From assembly GCA_030841035.1 (NCBI GenBank), contig JAVEDI010000054.1, forward strand, positions 5,048 to 69,047: a stretch of 64,000 nucleotides of DNA, written 5' to 3'. Below the pieces are notes generated by a model. That model ran no database searches, had not been told where the DNA came from, and worked only from the letters and a program-made list of their open reading frames with translations. The DNA comes from Actinomycetota bacterium. GTDB lineage: Bacteria > Actinomycetota > Actinomycetes > JACCUZ01. Shown piece after piece: positions 54,519 through 64,000 of the stretch (position 1 is its first letter; every line of letters starts with the position of its first letter). The position numbers were made by a program, and so were the translations under genes.

Positions 54519-55921
54519 CAGGACCGGCCGTAGACCACGACGTCGCCTTCGTCGCTGCTGTCCTTGCTGATGCGCCGATTGAGGAACAGGCCTTCGAGGG
54601 CGAACTCGAGTGCTGCTGCGGCGAGCGAGGGCGTCTCGTCCCCCTCGTCGACGCCGAGCTGGGCCATGATGTGCGAGAGCCCGGGCAGCGGGCCGACCTG
54701 TTCGAGCAGCCGGTGCCCTGGCACCAGGTCGCCGCTCTCGACGACCAGTCCCTCGTCGAACTTCTCGAGCAGCCCGCGCAGGTCCGAGGCGCCGAGGCGC
54801 TGGCGGAACGTCTCCACGATCGCGCGGCGCAGCAGGTGGGTGAGGATCTCGGCCTCCCGGCCTTCCTCGTCGACCTCGAACTCCACCTTGCCGAGCAACG
54901 ACTCCACGGTCGGGGGCAGGTCGCAGACTCGCGCGACGGCCGGCGTCTCGCCGGTGATGGCGCTGCGCCGCAGCGCCGAGGCAGCCGTCGTCTCCGCGGC
55001 GGCGATGCCGAAGCGGGCAGAGACACCCGATCGCGCGTCGACCGCCGGCGACTCGCGCACGTGCCGCGTGAAGCGGGCGAGCACCTCCAGCAGGAACTCC
55101 GGCACCGGGGCTGCCAGGTTGGCTTCCTGGCGAACGACGCCGACCTCGTCGTCGAGCTCGAGGGGGTAGTGGGTGCGGATCTCCGCACCGAAGCGGTCCT
55201 TCAGCGGCGTGATGATGCGGCCGCGGTTCGTGTAGTCCTCGGGGTTGGCGCTCGCGACGAGCAGCACGTCGAGGGGCAGCCGCAGCACGTAGCCGCGCAC
55301 CTGGATGTCGCGTTCCTCGAGGACGTTCAGCAGCGACACCTGGATCCGCTCGGCGAGGTCGGGCAGCTCGTTGATGGCGAAGATGCCGCGGTTGGTCCGG
55401 GGCACCAGGCCGAAGTGCACCGTCTCGGGGTCCCCGAGGGTGCGCCCCTCGGCGACCTTGATCGGGTCGATGTCACCGATCAGGTCACCCACGCTCGTGT
55501 CGGGCGTCGCGAGCTTCTCGCTGTACCGCTCGCTGCGGTGCTTCCAGGCGACGGGCAGGTCGTCACCCAGCTCGGCGTGCAGCCGCTGGCAGCGCGTGCA
55601 CACCGGGGCGTAGGGGTGGTCGTTGATCTCGCAGCCGTCGACGACCGGAGTCCACTCGTCCAGCAGCTGCGCGACGGTGCGCATCAGCCGGGTCTTGCCC
55701 TGCCCCCGCTCACCGAGCAGCACGAGGTCGTGCCCGGCGAGCAGGGCTCGCTCGAGGGCGGGCAGCACGGTGGCGTCGAAGCCGACGATGCCGGGGAAGC
55801 GCGGCTCACCCGAGCGCATCTTGGCCAGCAGGTTGTCACGGATCTCGGTGCGCACGGGACGGTGCTCGTGCCCGGAGGCGCGCAGCGCGCCGAGGGTGGT
55901 GGCTCGTTCAGCGTGGGGCAT
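54518..55921 (-). CDS. AAA+ ATPase (Mg-chelatase/MoxR-like), partner of the VWA protein
   Basis: GERGQGKT Walker A, AINELPDL and SANPEDYTNRGRIITPLKDRF. Confidence 0.88.
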   Translation of the reverse strand: MPHAERATTLGALRASGHEHRPVRTEIRDNLLAKMRSGEPRFPGIVGFDATVLPALERALLAGHDLVLLGERGQGKTRLMRTVAQLLDEWTPVVDGCEINDHPYAPVCTRCQRLHAELGDDLPVAWKHRSERYSEKLATPDTSVGDLIGDIDPIKVAEGRTLGDPETVHFGLVPRTNRGIFAINELPDLAERIQVSLLNVLEERDIQVRGYVLRLPLDVLLVASANPEDYTNRGRIITPLKDRFGAEIRTHYPLELDDEVGVVRQEANLAAPVPEFLLEVLARFTRHVRESPAVDARSGVSARFGIAAAETTAASALRRSAITGETPAVARVCDLPPTVESLLGKVEFEVDEEGREAEILTHLLRRAIVETFRQRLGASDLRGLLEKFDEGLVVESGDLVPGHRLLEQVGPLPGLSHIMAQLGVDEGDETPSLAAAALEFALEGLFLNRRISKDSSDEGDVVVYGRS

Positions 55922-56144
55922 GTCCTCGACGGTACGTCGGTGCCGCCACCTTGCCCACCGCGCCCCGGCCCCGGGGCCCGGGCACCCTCACCCGCCCGAC
56001 GGCTGGGCAGGGCCCCCCGGCGGGCCGCCATGGCGAGGTGGTGCTTCGCCGCCCGTTGGATCGGCCGGGTGGGCGGACGGAACCACCTGCACGGCTTCAC
56101 GGCCTCGGTGCTGACCTTCGGCTGAGCGGCGTCGTCCGCCACGC

Positions 56145-57743
56145 CTACCGGACGTGGTCGGCCTCGGCAGGGAGGACGGTGGCGGGGGCGGCCTCGGCAT
56201 CGGCGTCGCTGTGGCCGCGCAGCGGCAGCTCCTTGATGAAGAAGGACAGCACGAAGGCGACCGCGACGACCGGGACGGCCACGAGGAACACGGTGTGCAA
56301 CGAGTCGACGAACGCCTGGATCACGTCGGCGCGCAGCGCGGGGGACAGCGACTGGATGCGCTCCGGGCTCTTCGCGAGGTCGCCACCGCCGGACGCGCCG
56401 GCGGGCAGCCGCTCGGCGAGGTTGTGGCTCAGTCGGTTGGACAGGATCGTGCCGAACACGGCGGTCCCGACGGTCCCGCCCATGGAGCGGAAGAACTGCG
56501 AGGACGAGGTGGCGACGCCCATGTCCCGGAAGTCGACGGCGTTCTGCACCGCGAGCACCAACACCTGCATGACGAGGCCGAGGCCGGCGCCCACCACGAA
56601 GAAGTAGATGCTGTAGAGCCACGCGGGTGTGTCGACGTCGAGGCGGGAGAGCAGGAAGATGCCGATCCCGATCAGCGCCGTCCCCGCGATCGGGAACATC
56701 TTGTAGCGCCCCATCGAGCTGGTCGCCTTGCCCGAGCTGATCGAGCTGGTCAGGATGCCGAGCATCAACGGCAGCATCAGCAACCCGGCCTTGGTCGGCG
56801 ACACGCCGTCGACGACCCGCAGGTAGACCGGGATGAACACGATCGCACCGAACATGGCCAGGCCGACGACGAAGCCGACCGCGCTCGTCACGCTGAAGAT
56901 GCTGTTGCGGAACAGCCGCAGCGGCAGGATCGGCTCCTTGGCGCGGCGCTCCTGGAGCAGGAACCCCACGAGCAGCGCCGCGGACATTACGAGAAGTCCC
57001 AGGATGCTCGGCGAGGACCACGGGTACCGTTCGCCGCCCCAGACCAGGGCCAGCAGCAGGGAGCTCACACCGCCGACGATGAGGGTGGCGCCGAGGTAGT
57101 CGATGGAGTGCTCGCGGCGCTGGAACGGGATGTGCAGCACGGCATTGACGACGACAAGCGCCACGATGCCCAGCGGCACGTTGATGTAGAAGATCCACCG
57201 CCACGACAGGTGCTCGGTGAAGAAGCCGCCCAGCAGCGGTCCGGCGACGCTCGCGAGCCCCCAGACCCCGCCGAAGTACCCCTGGTAACGACCGCGCTCC
57301 CGGGGCGGGATCACGTCGCCGATGATCGCGAAGGTCAGCGCCATCAGCCCGCCGGCCCCGAGGCCCTGCATCGCGCGGGTCGCGACCAGCTGCCACATGC
57401 TCTGCGACAGTCCGGCGAGCATCGAGCCGATGACGAACACGACGATCGCGAAGATGTAGACCGGTCGGCGACCGTAGAGGTCGGAGATCTTGCCGTACAG
57501 CGGTGTCGAGGCCGTCGAGGTCAGCAGGTAGGCGGTGACCACCCAGGAGAGCTGGTTGAGGCCGCCGAGCTGCCCGACGATCGTCGGCAGGGCGGTGGAG
57601 ACGATGGTCTGGTCCAGGGCCGCGAGCAGCATGCCCAGCATCAGTCCGCTGAGCACCACCATGATCTGACGGTGCGTCATGTACGTCGGTGCGGTGGCGC
57701 CGGGCGCGGGGGTCGTCGGCTCGTGCCGTGAAGCAGTGGTCAC
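56145..57743 (-). CDS. MDR-type MFS efflux transporter (DHA2, 14 TM)
   Basis: [24 protein letters not shown] and [12 protein letters not shown]. Confidence 0.93.
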   Translation of the reverse strand: MTTASRHEPTTPAPGATAPTYMTHRQIMVVLSGLMLGMLLAALDQTIVSTALPTIVGQLGGLNQLSWVVTAYLLTSTASTPLYGKISDLYGRRPVYIFAIVVFVIGSMLAGLSQSMWQLVATRAMQGLGAGGLMALTFAIIGDVIPPRERGRYQGYFGGVWGLASVAGPLLGGFFTEHLSWRWIFYINVPLGIVALVVVNAVLHIPFQRREHSIDYLGATLIVGGVSSLLLALVWGGERYPWSSPSILGLLVMSAALLVGFLLQERRAKEPILPLRLFRNSIFSVTSAVGFVVGLAMFGAIVFIPVYLRVVDGVSPTKAGLLMLPLMLGILTSSISSGKATSSMGRYKMFPIAGTALIGIGIFLLSRLDVDTPAWLYSIYFFVVGAGLGLVMQVLVLAVQNAVDFRDMGVATSSSQFFRSMGGTVGTAVFGTILSNRLSHNLAERLPAGASGGGDLAKSPERIQSLSPALRADVIQAFVDSLHTVFLVAVPVVAVAFVLSFFIKELPLRGHSDADAEAAPATVLPAEADHVR

Positions 57744-58273
57744 GCGGTCGTTCTCCTCTGAGATCGGTCCAGGGCGGCGGGCATGGGCGGCGCGCTGAGC
57801 GCGTCGGCGCAACGGGTGAGGGTGGCCGCGAGCACCGCGCGGTCCTCGGGGCTCCAGTCGGCGAGCGACCGCTCGAGCCAGGCGTGCCGGCGCGCCCAGG
57901 CCTCGTCGAGGACCCGGTCGCCGGCAGGGGACAGGTGCAGGCGTACGGCGCGGCGGTCGTCGGGGTCGTCGGTCCGGCCGACCAGCCCGTGCTCCTCCAG
58001 CGACCGGGCCTGCCGGCTGACGGTCGAGATGTCGACCATCAGGTCGGCGGCGAGGTCGGAGAGCCGGATCGAGCCGTTCTCCCGCAGCCGACTCAAGATG
58101 ATGATCGCCTGCCGCTCGACGGGGTCGGCGTGCGCCGTGCGCCGCACCTGCTGCACGAGCCGGAACAGCCCGCGCAGCACCTCCTCGAGGGCCGGGTCGC
58201 TCGACGGCGGGCTCTGCTGGGGGTCATCGACGCGTGCCGCGCCGGGTGGCGTCGCCGTCTCGGTGGGGTGCAC
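57740..58273 (-). CDS. MarR family transcriptional regulator
   Basis: [23 protein letters not shown] and DPDDRRA; GTGA coupling to the MFS gene; start uncertain. Confidence 0.88.
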   Translation of the reverse strand: MHPTETATPPGAARVDDPQQSPPSSDPALEEVLRGLFRLVQQVRRTAHADPVERQAIIILSRLRENGSIRLSDLAADLMVDISTVSRQARSLEEHGLVGRTDDPDDRRAVRLHLSPAGDRVLDEAWARRHAWLERSLADWSPEDRAVLAATLTRCADALSAPPMPAALDRSQRRTTA

Positions 58274-58385
58274 CCGGCAACCGTAGACTAATTGCCTGCA
58301 CCATGCAACTATCTTGGGACACGCTGCCGGTCCCGCCCGCCTCGCAACGGGACGACCACCCGGCGACCTGTCAGACTGCGCCGCG

Positions 58386-59633
58386 ATGAACGCGCACGTG
58401 ATCGGGTCCGGGCCGGCTGAGCGGCCGGCGACGGTGACCGTCGAGGACATCCGCGCCGCCCGCGAGCTGTTGCGCGGTGTCATCCGTGACACCCCCGTCC
58501 AGGGTTCCCAGCCGCTGGGAGAGCGGGTCGGGGGACCGGTCTGGCTCAAGTGCGAGAACCTGCAACGGGCCGGGTCCTTCAAGATCCGCGGCGCCTACAC
58601 GCGCATCGCCAGGCTCAGCCCCGACGAGGCGGCCCGCGGCGTCGTCGCGGCCAGTGCCGGCAACCATGCCCAGGGCGTGGCGCTGGCGGCGTCGCTGCGC
58701 GGCCTTCGCTCGACGGTCTTCATGCCCGAGGGTGCGCCCATCCCCAAGGTCGAGGCCACCAGGGCCTACGGCGCGCGGGTGCGCTTCCACGGCCACGCGG
58801 TCGACGAGGCGCTGGTGGCGGCACAGGCCTTCGCCGAGGAGACCGGCGCGGTCTTCGTGCACCCGTTCGACCACCCCGACATCGTGGCGGGCCAGGGGAC
58901 GGTGGGCCTGGAGATCCTCGAGCAGGTGCCCGACGTACGCACGGTCGTCGTGTGCACCGGCGGCGGTGGCCTGCTCGCCGGCATCGCCACGGCCGTGAAG
59001 GCGGTGCGCCCCGAGGTGCGGGTCGTCGGGGTGCAGGCCGAGGACGCGGCGGCCTATCCCGGCTCGCTCGCGGCCGGGCACCCGGTGCCCGTCCCCGCCA
59101 TGGCAACGATGGCCGACGGGATCGCGGTCGGTTGCCCCGGTCAGGTGCCGTTCGCGATCGTGCGCGACCTGGTCGACGGCATCGCCACGGTCAGCGAGGA
59201 GTCGCTCTCCCGCGCGATGCTGCTGACCCTCGAGCGGGCCAAGCTCGTGGTGGAGCCCGCCGGCGTCGCGGGGGTCGCAGCACTGCTCGACGCGCCCGAG
59301 GCCTACGAGCCGCCCGTCGTCGTGGTGCTCTCCGGCGGCAACATCGACCCGCTGCTGCTGATGCGGGTGCTGCGGCACGGTCTCGCGGTCGCCGGCCGGT
59401 TCCTGTCCTTCCGCGCCCGGATCACCGACCGGCCGGGCGCGCTGGTGAGGCTGCTCGCCGAGGTGGCGGCCGCCGACGCCAGCGTGCTCGAGGTCGAGCA
59501 CGTGCGCACCGACCCGCGGCTGCGGGTCGAGGAGGTCGAGGTGGCGCTGCAGCTGGAGACGCGGGGTGCCGAGCACCGCGACGAGGTCCTGTCCCGGCTG
59601 CGCGGCGCGGGCTACACGCTGGTGTTCGGCTGA
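58386..59633 (+). CDS. ilvA: Threonine ammonia-lyase
   Basis: KCENLQRAGSFKIRGA, SAGNHAQG, GGGGL, SGGNID and C-terminal ACT domain. Confidence 0.94.
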   Translation: MNAHVIGSGPAERPATVTVEDIRAARELLRGVIRDTPVQGSQPLGERVGGPVWLKCENLQRAGSFKIRGAYTRIARLSPDEAARGVVAASAGNHAQGVALAASLRGLRSTVFMPEGAPIPKVEATRAYGARVRFHGHAVDEALVAAQAFAEETGAVFVHPFDHPDIVAGQGTVGLEILEQVPDVRTVVVCTGGGGLLAGIATAVKAVRPEVRVVGVQAEDAAAYPGSLAAGHPVPVPAMATMADGIAVGCPGQVPFAIVRDLVDGIATVSEESLSRAMLLTLERAKLVVEPAGVAGVAALLDAPEAYEPPVVVVLSGGNIDPLLLMRVLRHGLAVAGRFLSFRARITDRPGALVRLLAEVAAADASVLEVEHVRTDPRLRVEEVEVALQLETRGAEHRDEVLSRLRGAGYTLVFG

Positions 59634-60313
59634 CCGCCGCAACCCGTGAGTCGCTCGACGTGGCGGCGCAGCCCGTCCAGCAGCGCCGCCAGACCGGTCT
59701 CGAACAGCTCGTCCCAGTCGAACGCCGAGGCGTCCACCGAGGACATCAGCCCCGTCGCGTGCGGGTAGTCCTGCGCCGGCACGCTGGCGAGCCGGGCCGC
59801 CAGGAGCTCCTCGGTCAGCTGCGTTGCCCGCACCGGAGAGATCCCGACCTGGCCGATCGTGGTGCCGACGACGAAGAGCGACACCGCGTTCACGACGTAG
59901 ACCGTGGTCAGGGGCCTCAGGCCCAGCGGGCCCATCGCCCGGCTCAGCCATTCCGCCAGCCGCCAGTACTCCGCGTGGCTCGCCGGGCGGGTGGCGAGGA
60001 CCGGGACCGCACCCGGATGGCGCAGGAGGGCCGCGCGCAGGGCGCGGGCGCCCTCGCCGAGCGCCTCCGGCCAGGACATCGCGTCGGGCGTCTCCGGCAG
60101 GCGGATGTCGGCGTACACCGCCTCGGAGATGCCGTCGAGCACCGCCGCCTTGTCCGGGACATGGTGGTAGAGCGACATCGCCTCCACGCCGCAGGCCTCG
60201 CCCAGGCGGCGCATCGACAGGCCCTCGATCCCCCGCTCGTCGACCAGCCGCAGCGCCTCGGCGAGCACGCGTGCGCGGGTCACCCGCTCGCGTGCCGGGG
60301 GCTGGCTGCTCAC
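59612..60313 (-). CDS. TetR family regulator (TetR_C type)
   Basis: GLSMRRLGEACGVEAMSLYHHV HTH and FETGLAALLDGL; divergent from the ABC exporter. Confidence 0.88.
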   Translation of the reverse strand: MSSQPPARERVTRARVLAEALRLVDERGIEGLSMRRLGEACGVEAMSLYHHVPDKAAVLDGISEAVYADIRLPETPDAMSWPEALGEGARALRAALLRHPGAVPVLATRPASHAEYWRLAEWLSRAMGPLGLRPLTTVYVVNAVSLFVVGTTIGQVGISPVRATQLTEELLAARLASVPAQDYPHATGLMSSVDASAFDWDELFETGLAALLDGLRRHVERLTGCGGQPNTSV

Positions 60314-60345
60314 GACACCTCCCGGCCGGCTACCGCCTTGACTGG

Positions 60346-60360
60346 CCTTACAACGTAAGG
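60346..60360. promoter_or_regulatory. TetR operator candidate
   Basis: CCTTAC-AAC-GTAAGG palindrome just after a TTGACT (-35-like) box, between the divergent tetR and ABC genes. Confidence 0.7.
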
Positions 60361-60416
60361 CAGCCTCGACGTACATCGTACGGCCGGCGCCTGCCCGTCC
60401 GGAGGGGGAACTGCTG

Positions 60417-61436
60417 ATGCCCGACGCCATCGTCGCCGAGGACCTGGTGAAGACCTATGGCGAGCTGCGCGCCCTGGACGGCCTGTCGCTGGAGGTGCCC
60501 GAAGGCACCGTGCTCGGTCTGCTCGGCCCCAACGGCGCAGGCAAGACGACCACGGTGCGCGTGCTGACCACGTTGCTGCGTCCCGACTCCGGCAGGGTGC
60601 GGGTCGCCGGCGTCGATGTCCTCGCCGAGCCCGCCATGGTGCGCCCGCGGATCGGCCTCTCCGGGCAGTACGCCGCTGTCGACGAGCGGCTGACCGGGCG
60701 GGAGAACCTGGTGATGTTCGGACGGCTCTACCACCTCGGTCGCAAGGAGTCGACCGCGCGGGCCGCGGCGCTGCTCGACCGGTTCGGTCTGGGTGCCGCC
60801 GCCGACCGCGTCGTACAGACCTACTCCGGTGGCATGCGCCGCCGGCTCGACCTGGCGGCAGCGCTGGTCACGACCCCGCCGGTGCTGTTCCTCGACGAAC
60901 CCACCACCGGACTCGACCCGCGGGCCCGCGTGGACATGTGGGGGGTGATCGAGGAGCTGGTCGACGGCGGCACGACACTGCTGCTGACCACCCAGTACCT
61001 CGAGGAGGCGGACCGGCTCGCCGACTCGATCGCGGTCGTCGACCACGGCAGGGTCATCGCCCGCGGCAGCTCCGACGAGCTCAAGGACCGCATCGGTGGC
61101 GAGACGCTCGAAGTGGTCGTCGGCGAGGACCACCAGCTGCCGGACGCCGTCTCGGCGCTCGCCGCGGTGGGACAGGGCGAGCCCGTGGTCGACGCGCACG
61201 CGCGACGGGTCAAGGTGCCCGTGACGACCGGAGTGCGAGCGCTGATCGAGGCCGTCCGCCGGCTCGACGACGCGCACGCGAGCATCCTCGACGTCGCCCT
61301 GCACCGCCCGACGCTGGACGACGTGTTCCTCACCCTCACCGGTCGCCCTGCGCAGGAGAGCGCGCCCGCCGCCGGCGACACCGCCGGCGAGGACGCCTCG
61401 CCGGCCGACGAAGCGCAGGAGAGGACCTCCGCATGA
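60417..61436 (+). CDS. ABC exporter ATP-binding protein (DrrA-like)
   Basis: GPNGAGKTT, YSGGMRRRLDL, LDEPTTGLDP and TTQYLEEAD. Confidence 0.93.
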   Translation: MPDAIVAEDLVKTYGELRALDGLSLEVPEGTVLGLLGPNGAGKTTTVRVLTTLLRPDSGRVRVAGVDVLAEPAMVRPRIGLSGQYAAVDERLTGRENLVMFGRLYHLGRKESTARAAALLDRFGLGAAADRVVQTYSGGMRRRLDLAAALVTTPPVLFLDEPTTGLDPRARVDMWGVIEELVDGGTTLLLTTQYLEEADRLADSIAVVDHGRVIARGSSDELKDRIGGETLEVVVGEDHQLPDAVSALAAVGQGEPVVDAHARRVKVPVTTGVRALIEAVRRLDDAHASILDVALHRPTLDDVFLTLTGRPAQESAPAAGDTAGEDASPADEAQERTSA

Positions 61437-62227
61437 GCCTGGCCGGTGAGCTGCACGACGGGCTGATCCTCACCAAGCGCAGCCTGCTGCGCATCCCGCG
61501 GGTTCCCGAGACGCTGATGTTCGCGACCATCCAGCCCATCATGTTCGTGGTGCTGTTCTCCTACGTGTTCGGCGGGGCGGTGCCACTGCCCGGTGGGGCG
61601 AGCTATCGCGAGTTCCTGCTGCCGGGAGTGTTCGTGCAGACGATGTCCTTCGCCACCGCCGCGACCTCGGTCGGTCTCGCCGAAGACATGAGCAAGGGCC
61701 TCATCGACCGGTTCCGGTCGCTGCCCATCGCGCGCTCGGCGGTGCTCGTCGGGCGCACCACGGCCGACATGCTGCTGAACGTGTTCGTCCTCGCGGTGAT
61801 GGCGGTCTGCGGTGTGCTGGTCGGCTGGCGCATCCACACCGACGTAGGGCACGCCCTGCTCGCCTTCGTGCTGATCACGCTGCTCGCGTTCACGATGAGC
61901 TGGATCGGCGCGCTGATCGGCATGTCGGTGCGCAGCCCGGAGGTCGCCAGCACGGCAGGCATCGTGTGGCTGTTCCCCGTGACGTTCGTGTCCAACGCCT
62001 TCGTGCCGATCGGCGGCATGCCCGGGTGGCTGCAGACCATCGCCAACTGGAACCCGGTGTCGACGTTCGTCTCCGCGGCGCGCGAGCTGTTCGGCAACCC
62101 CAACCCGTTCGGCAGCGGGCTGCCCAGGGAGCACCCGGTCGTGTTGTCCTTCGCCTGGATCGTCGTGCTGCTGGGCATCTTCGTGCCGCTCGCGGTGCGC
62201 AAGTACCGCATCGCCACCAGCCGCTGA
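61433..62227 (+). CDS. ABC-2 type permease (DrrB-like)
   Basis: IQPIMFVVLF, GLIDRFRSLPI and WNPVS; about 6 TM segments; ATGA overlap. Confidence 0.92.
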   Translation: MSLAGELHDGLILTKRSLLRIPRVPETLMFATIQPIMFVVLFSYVFGGAVPLPGGASYREFLLPGVFVQTMSFATAATSVGLAEDMSKGLIDRFRSLPIARSAVLVGRTTADMLLNVFVLAVMAVCGVLVGWRIHTDVGHALLAFVLITLLAFTMSWIGALIGMSVRSPEVASTAGIVWLFPVTFVSNAFVPIGGMPGWLQTIANWNPVSTFVSAARELFGNPNPFGSGLPREHPVVLSFAWIVVLLGIFVPLAVRKYRIATSR

Positions 62228-62260
62228 CCGCCGTACGACGTGGTGCTACGGGCGCGGCGC

Positions 62261-62752
62261 TCAGCCGACGAAGGGCGCGATGTCCAGGATCTCGACGGAG
62301 ATCTTCTTGCCGCTCGGAGCGGTGTAGGACGTCGACTCGCCCTTGCGGTGCCCGACGATCGCTGTGCCGAGCGGTGACTTCTCGGAGTAGACCTCGAGGC
62401 CGTCACCGGCCACCTCGCGCGACCCGACGAGGAAGGACATCTCCTCCCCGGCCACGATCGCGGTCACGACGGTGCCCGGTGCCACCACGCCGGCGGGTGC
62501 GGCCGGGGGAGCGCCCACCTTGGCCGACTCGAGCAGCTGCTGGAGCTGGCGGATGCGTGCCTCGCGCTTGCCCTGCTCGTCCTTGGCGGCGTGATAGCCC
62601 CCGTTCTCGCGCAGGTCACCCTCCTCGCGGGCCTGCTCGATGCGCTTGACGACCTCCGCGCGACCCTCGCCGGACAGGAAGTCCAGCTCTTCCTTGAGCC
62701 GGTCGTAGGCCTCCTGGGTCAGCCAGGTGACGTTCTCGGTCGTCTCGGTCAC
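62261..62752 (-). CDS. greA: Transcription elongation factor GreA
   Basis: WLTQEAYDRLKEEL, AREEGDLRENGGYHAAK and SPLG. Confidence 0.96.
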   Translation of the reverse strand: MTETTENVTWLTQEAYDRLKEELDFLSGEGRAEVVKRIEQAREEGDLRENGGYHAAKDEQGKREARIRQLQQLLESAKVGAPPAAPAGVVAPGTVVTAIVAGEEMSFLVGSREVAGDGLEVYSEKSPLGTAIVGHRKGESTSYTAPSGKKISVEILDIAPFVG

Positions 62753-62948
62753 GACGGGCTCCTGTGGTGGGGTATCGGTTGCAGCAGTGACGTGCGGATG
62801 AGGCGGTGCTGACTTCGAGGCTAACGCCGGACGGGTGGGTCGCGTCTAATCGGTCCTGTCTCAGCAGGTGCCGGTCACGGTGCTCGGTTTCACCGGTGGG
62901 CGGGGGCGAACGTCCCAGCCGGGTCCTCCTGGCGGTCGCCGGGCCGGC

Positions 62949-63362
62949 TCAGGGCGCGCCGGCGCGCTCCAGCCGACAGCCGACGAGCACGACCGTCACC
63001 GCGCGAGCCCGGGTGGTGACGACCGCCGTGGCCCGGCGGGTGCCGCCGGCGCCGGGGGGCAGTTTCAGCTGCCGGACGCCGACCGGCTCGCGGTTGCGGT
63101 CCTCCGCCTGCACGGTGCAGGTGACCGGCCGGTGGGAGGCGGCCGTCGCCTCCACGCTCACGCGCACCCGGTCCGCCCCCAGCACGCGGAACGAGGCGAG
63201 GTCGCCGCGTACGTCGGGGGTGGCCGCGCCGAGGGCGACCCACAGCACCCAGACGCCGAACGCCCCGACGAGGACCACGATCGCCGCGACCCCGCCGACC
63301 GGCAGCCGGGTGCCGCGCTCGTCGTACCGCCCGGGCGGGCGGCCGGGCGCGGAGTCGGGCAT
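62949..63362 (-). CDS. DUF4307 family membrane-anchored protein
   Basis: RY plus TM, CTVQA...VG and terminal GC; conserved position between greA and mca. Confidence 0.8.
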   Translation of the reverse strand: MPDSAPGRPPGRYDERGTRLPVGGVAAIVVLVGAFGVWVLWVALGAATPDVRGDLASFRVLGADRVRVSVEATAASHRPVTCTVQAEDRNREPVGVRQLKLPPGAGGTRRATAVVTTRARAVTVVLVGCRLERAGAP

Positions 63363-63409
63363 GGGACCTCGTGGGAGCGGCCGTCGGTGCTGTCGGGGAT
63401 GATTGTGCC

Positions 63410-64000
63410 GTGAGCGAGCAGCTGCGGTTGATGGCGGTCCACGCGCATCCCGACGACGAGTCCAGCAAGGGCGCCGCGATGATGGCGCGATACGTCGCCG
63501 AAGGCGTCGACGTGCACGTCGTGACGTGCACGGGCGGCGAGCGGGGTTCGATCCTCAACCCGCGGCTGCAGCACGACGAGTCGGTGCTGGCCGACCTCGC
63601 CGATGTGCGGCGGCGCGAGATGGACGCCGCGCGCGCGATCCTCGGCGTCCGCCAGGACTGGTTGGGCTGGGTCGACTCGGGGCTGCCGGAGGGCGACCCG
63701 CTGCCGCCGCTGCCCGAGGGCTCCTTCGCGTTGATGGACGTCGCGGTCGCCGCCGCGCCGCTGGTGCGGCTGGTGCGATCCTTCCGCCCGCACGTGATGA
63801 CGACGTACGACGAGAACGGCGGCTATCCCCACCCCGACCACATCATGTGCCACAAGGTCGCGATGCACGCTTTCGAGACCGCCGCCGATCCCGACGCCTA
63901 CCCCGAGGCCGGCCCGCCCTGGCAGCCGCTGAAGATCTACTACAACCAGACGTTCACCAAGGCGCGCACCACTGCGCTGCACGAGGCGCTGCTCGCCCGG
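63410..64000 (+). CDS. mca: Mycothiol conjugate amidase (3' truncated by window edge)
   Basis: LRLMAVHAHPDDESSKG, TCTGGERG, DSGLPEG and YDENGGYPHPDHI; missing from the ORF track because the stop lies outside the window. Confidence 0.95.
   Translation, partial: MSEQLRLMAVHAHPDDESSKGAAMMARYVAEGVDVHVVTCTGGERGSILNPRLQHDESVLADLADVRRREMDAARAILGVRQDWLGWVDSGLPEGDPLPPLPEGSFALMDVAVAAAPLVRLVRSFRPHVMTTYDENGGYPHPDHIMCHKVAMHAFETAADPDAYPEAGPPWQPLKIYYNQTFTKARTTALHEALLAR

Overview
High-GC actinobacterial chromosome segment. Most of it follows the conserved core order: metG-tatD-rpfB-rsmA-ispE ... tRNA-Gln-glmU-prs-rplY-pth ... mfd-mazG-eno-ftsB-DUF501-ppx ... tRNA-Leu(UAA) ... thiolase-SGNH-cbs ... metB ... 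greA-DUF4307-mca, with transporters, regulators and metabolic genes in between. I found no transposase, integrase, prophage or CRISPR array. The strongest candidate for an undescribed system lies between cbs and msrA/metB (44052-46528): a 75-aa Gly/Asp/Ala peptide with nine DGGA repeats, followed by a JmjC Fe(II)/2-oxoglutarate oxygenase and a translationally coupled sucrase/ferredoxin-like Fe-S protein. This looks like a RiPP-style precursor plus tailoring enzymes, possibly for repeated Asp beta-hydroxylation. A second odd region (51159-52285) holds a motif-degenerate NADP oxidoreductase, a 23-bp tandem repeat, several palindromes and a candidate 11-aa micro-ORF. All calls come from motif recognition and gene context, without database searches. 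Start codons were chosen by eye.
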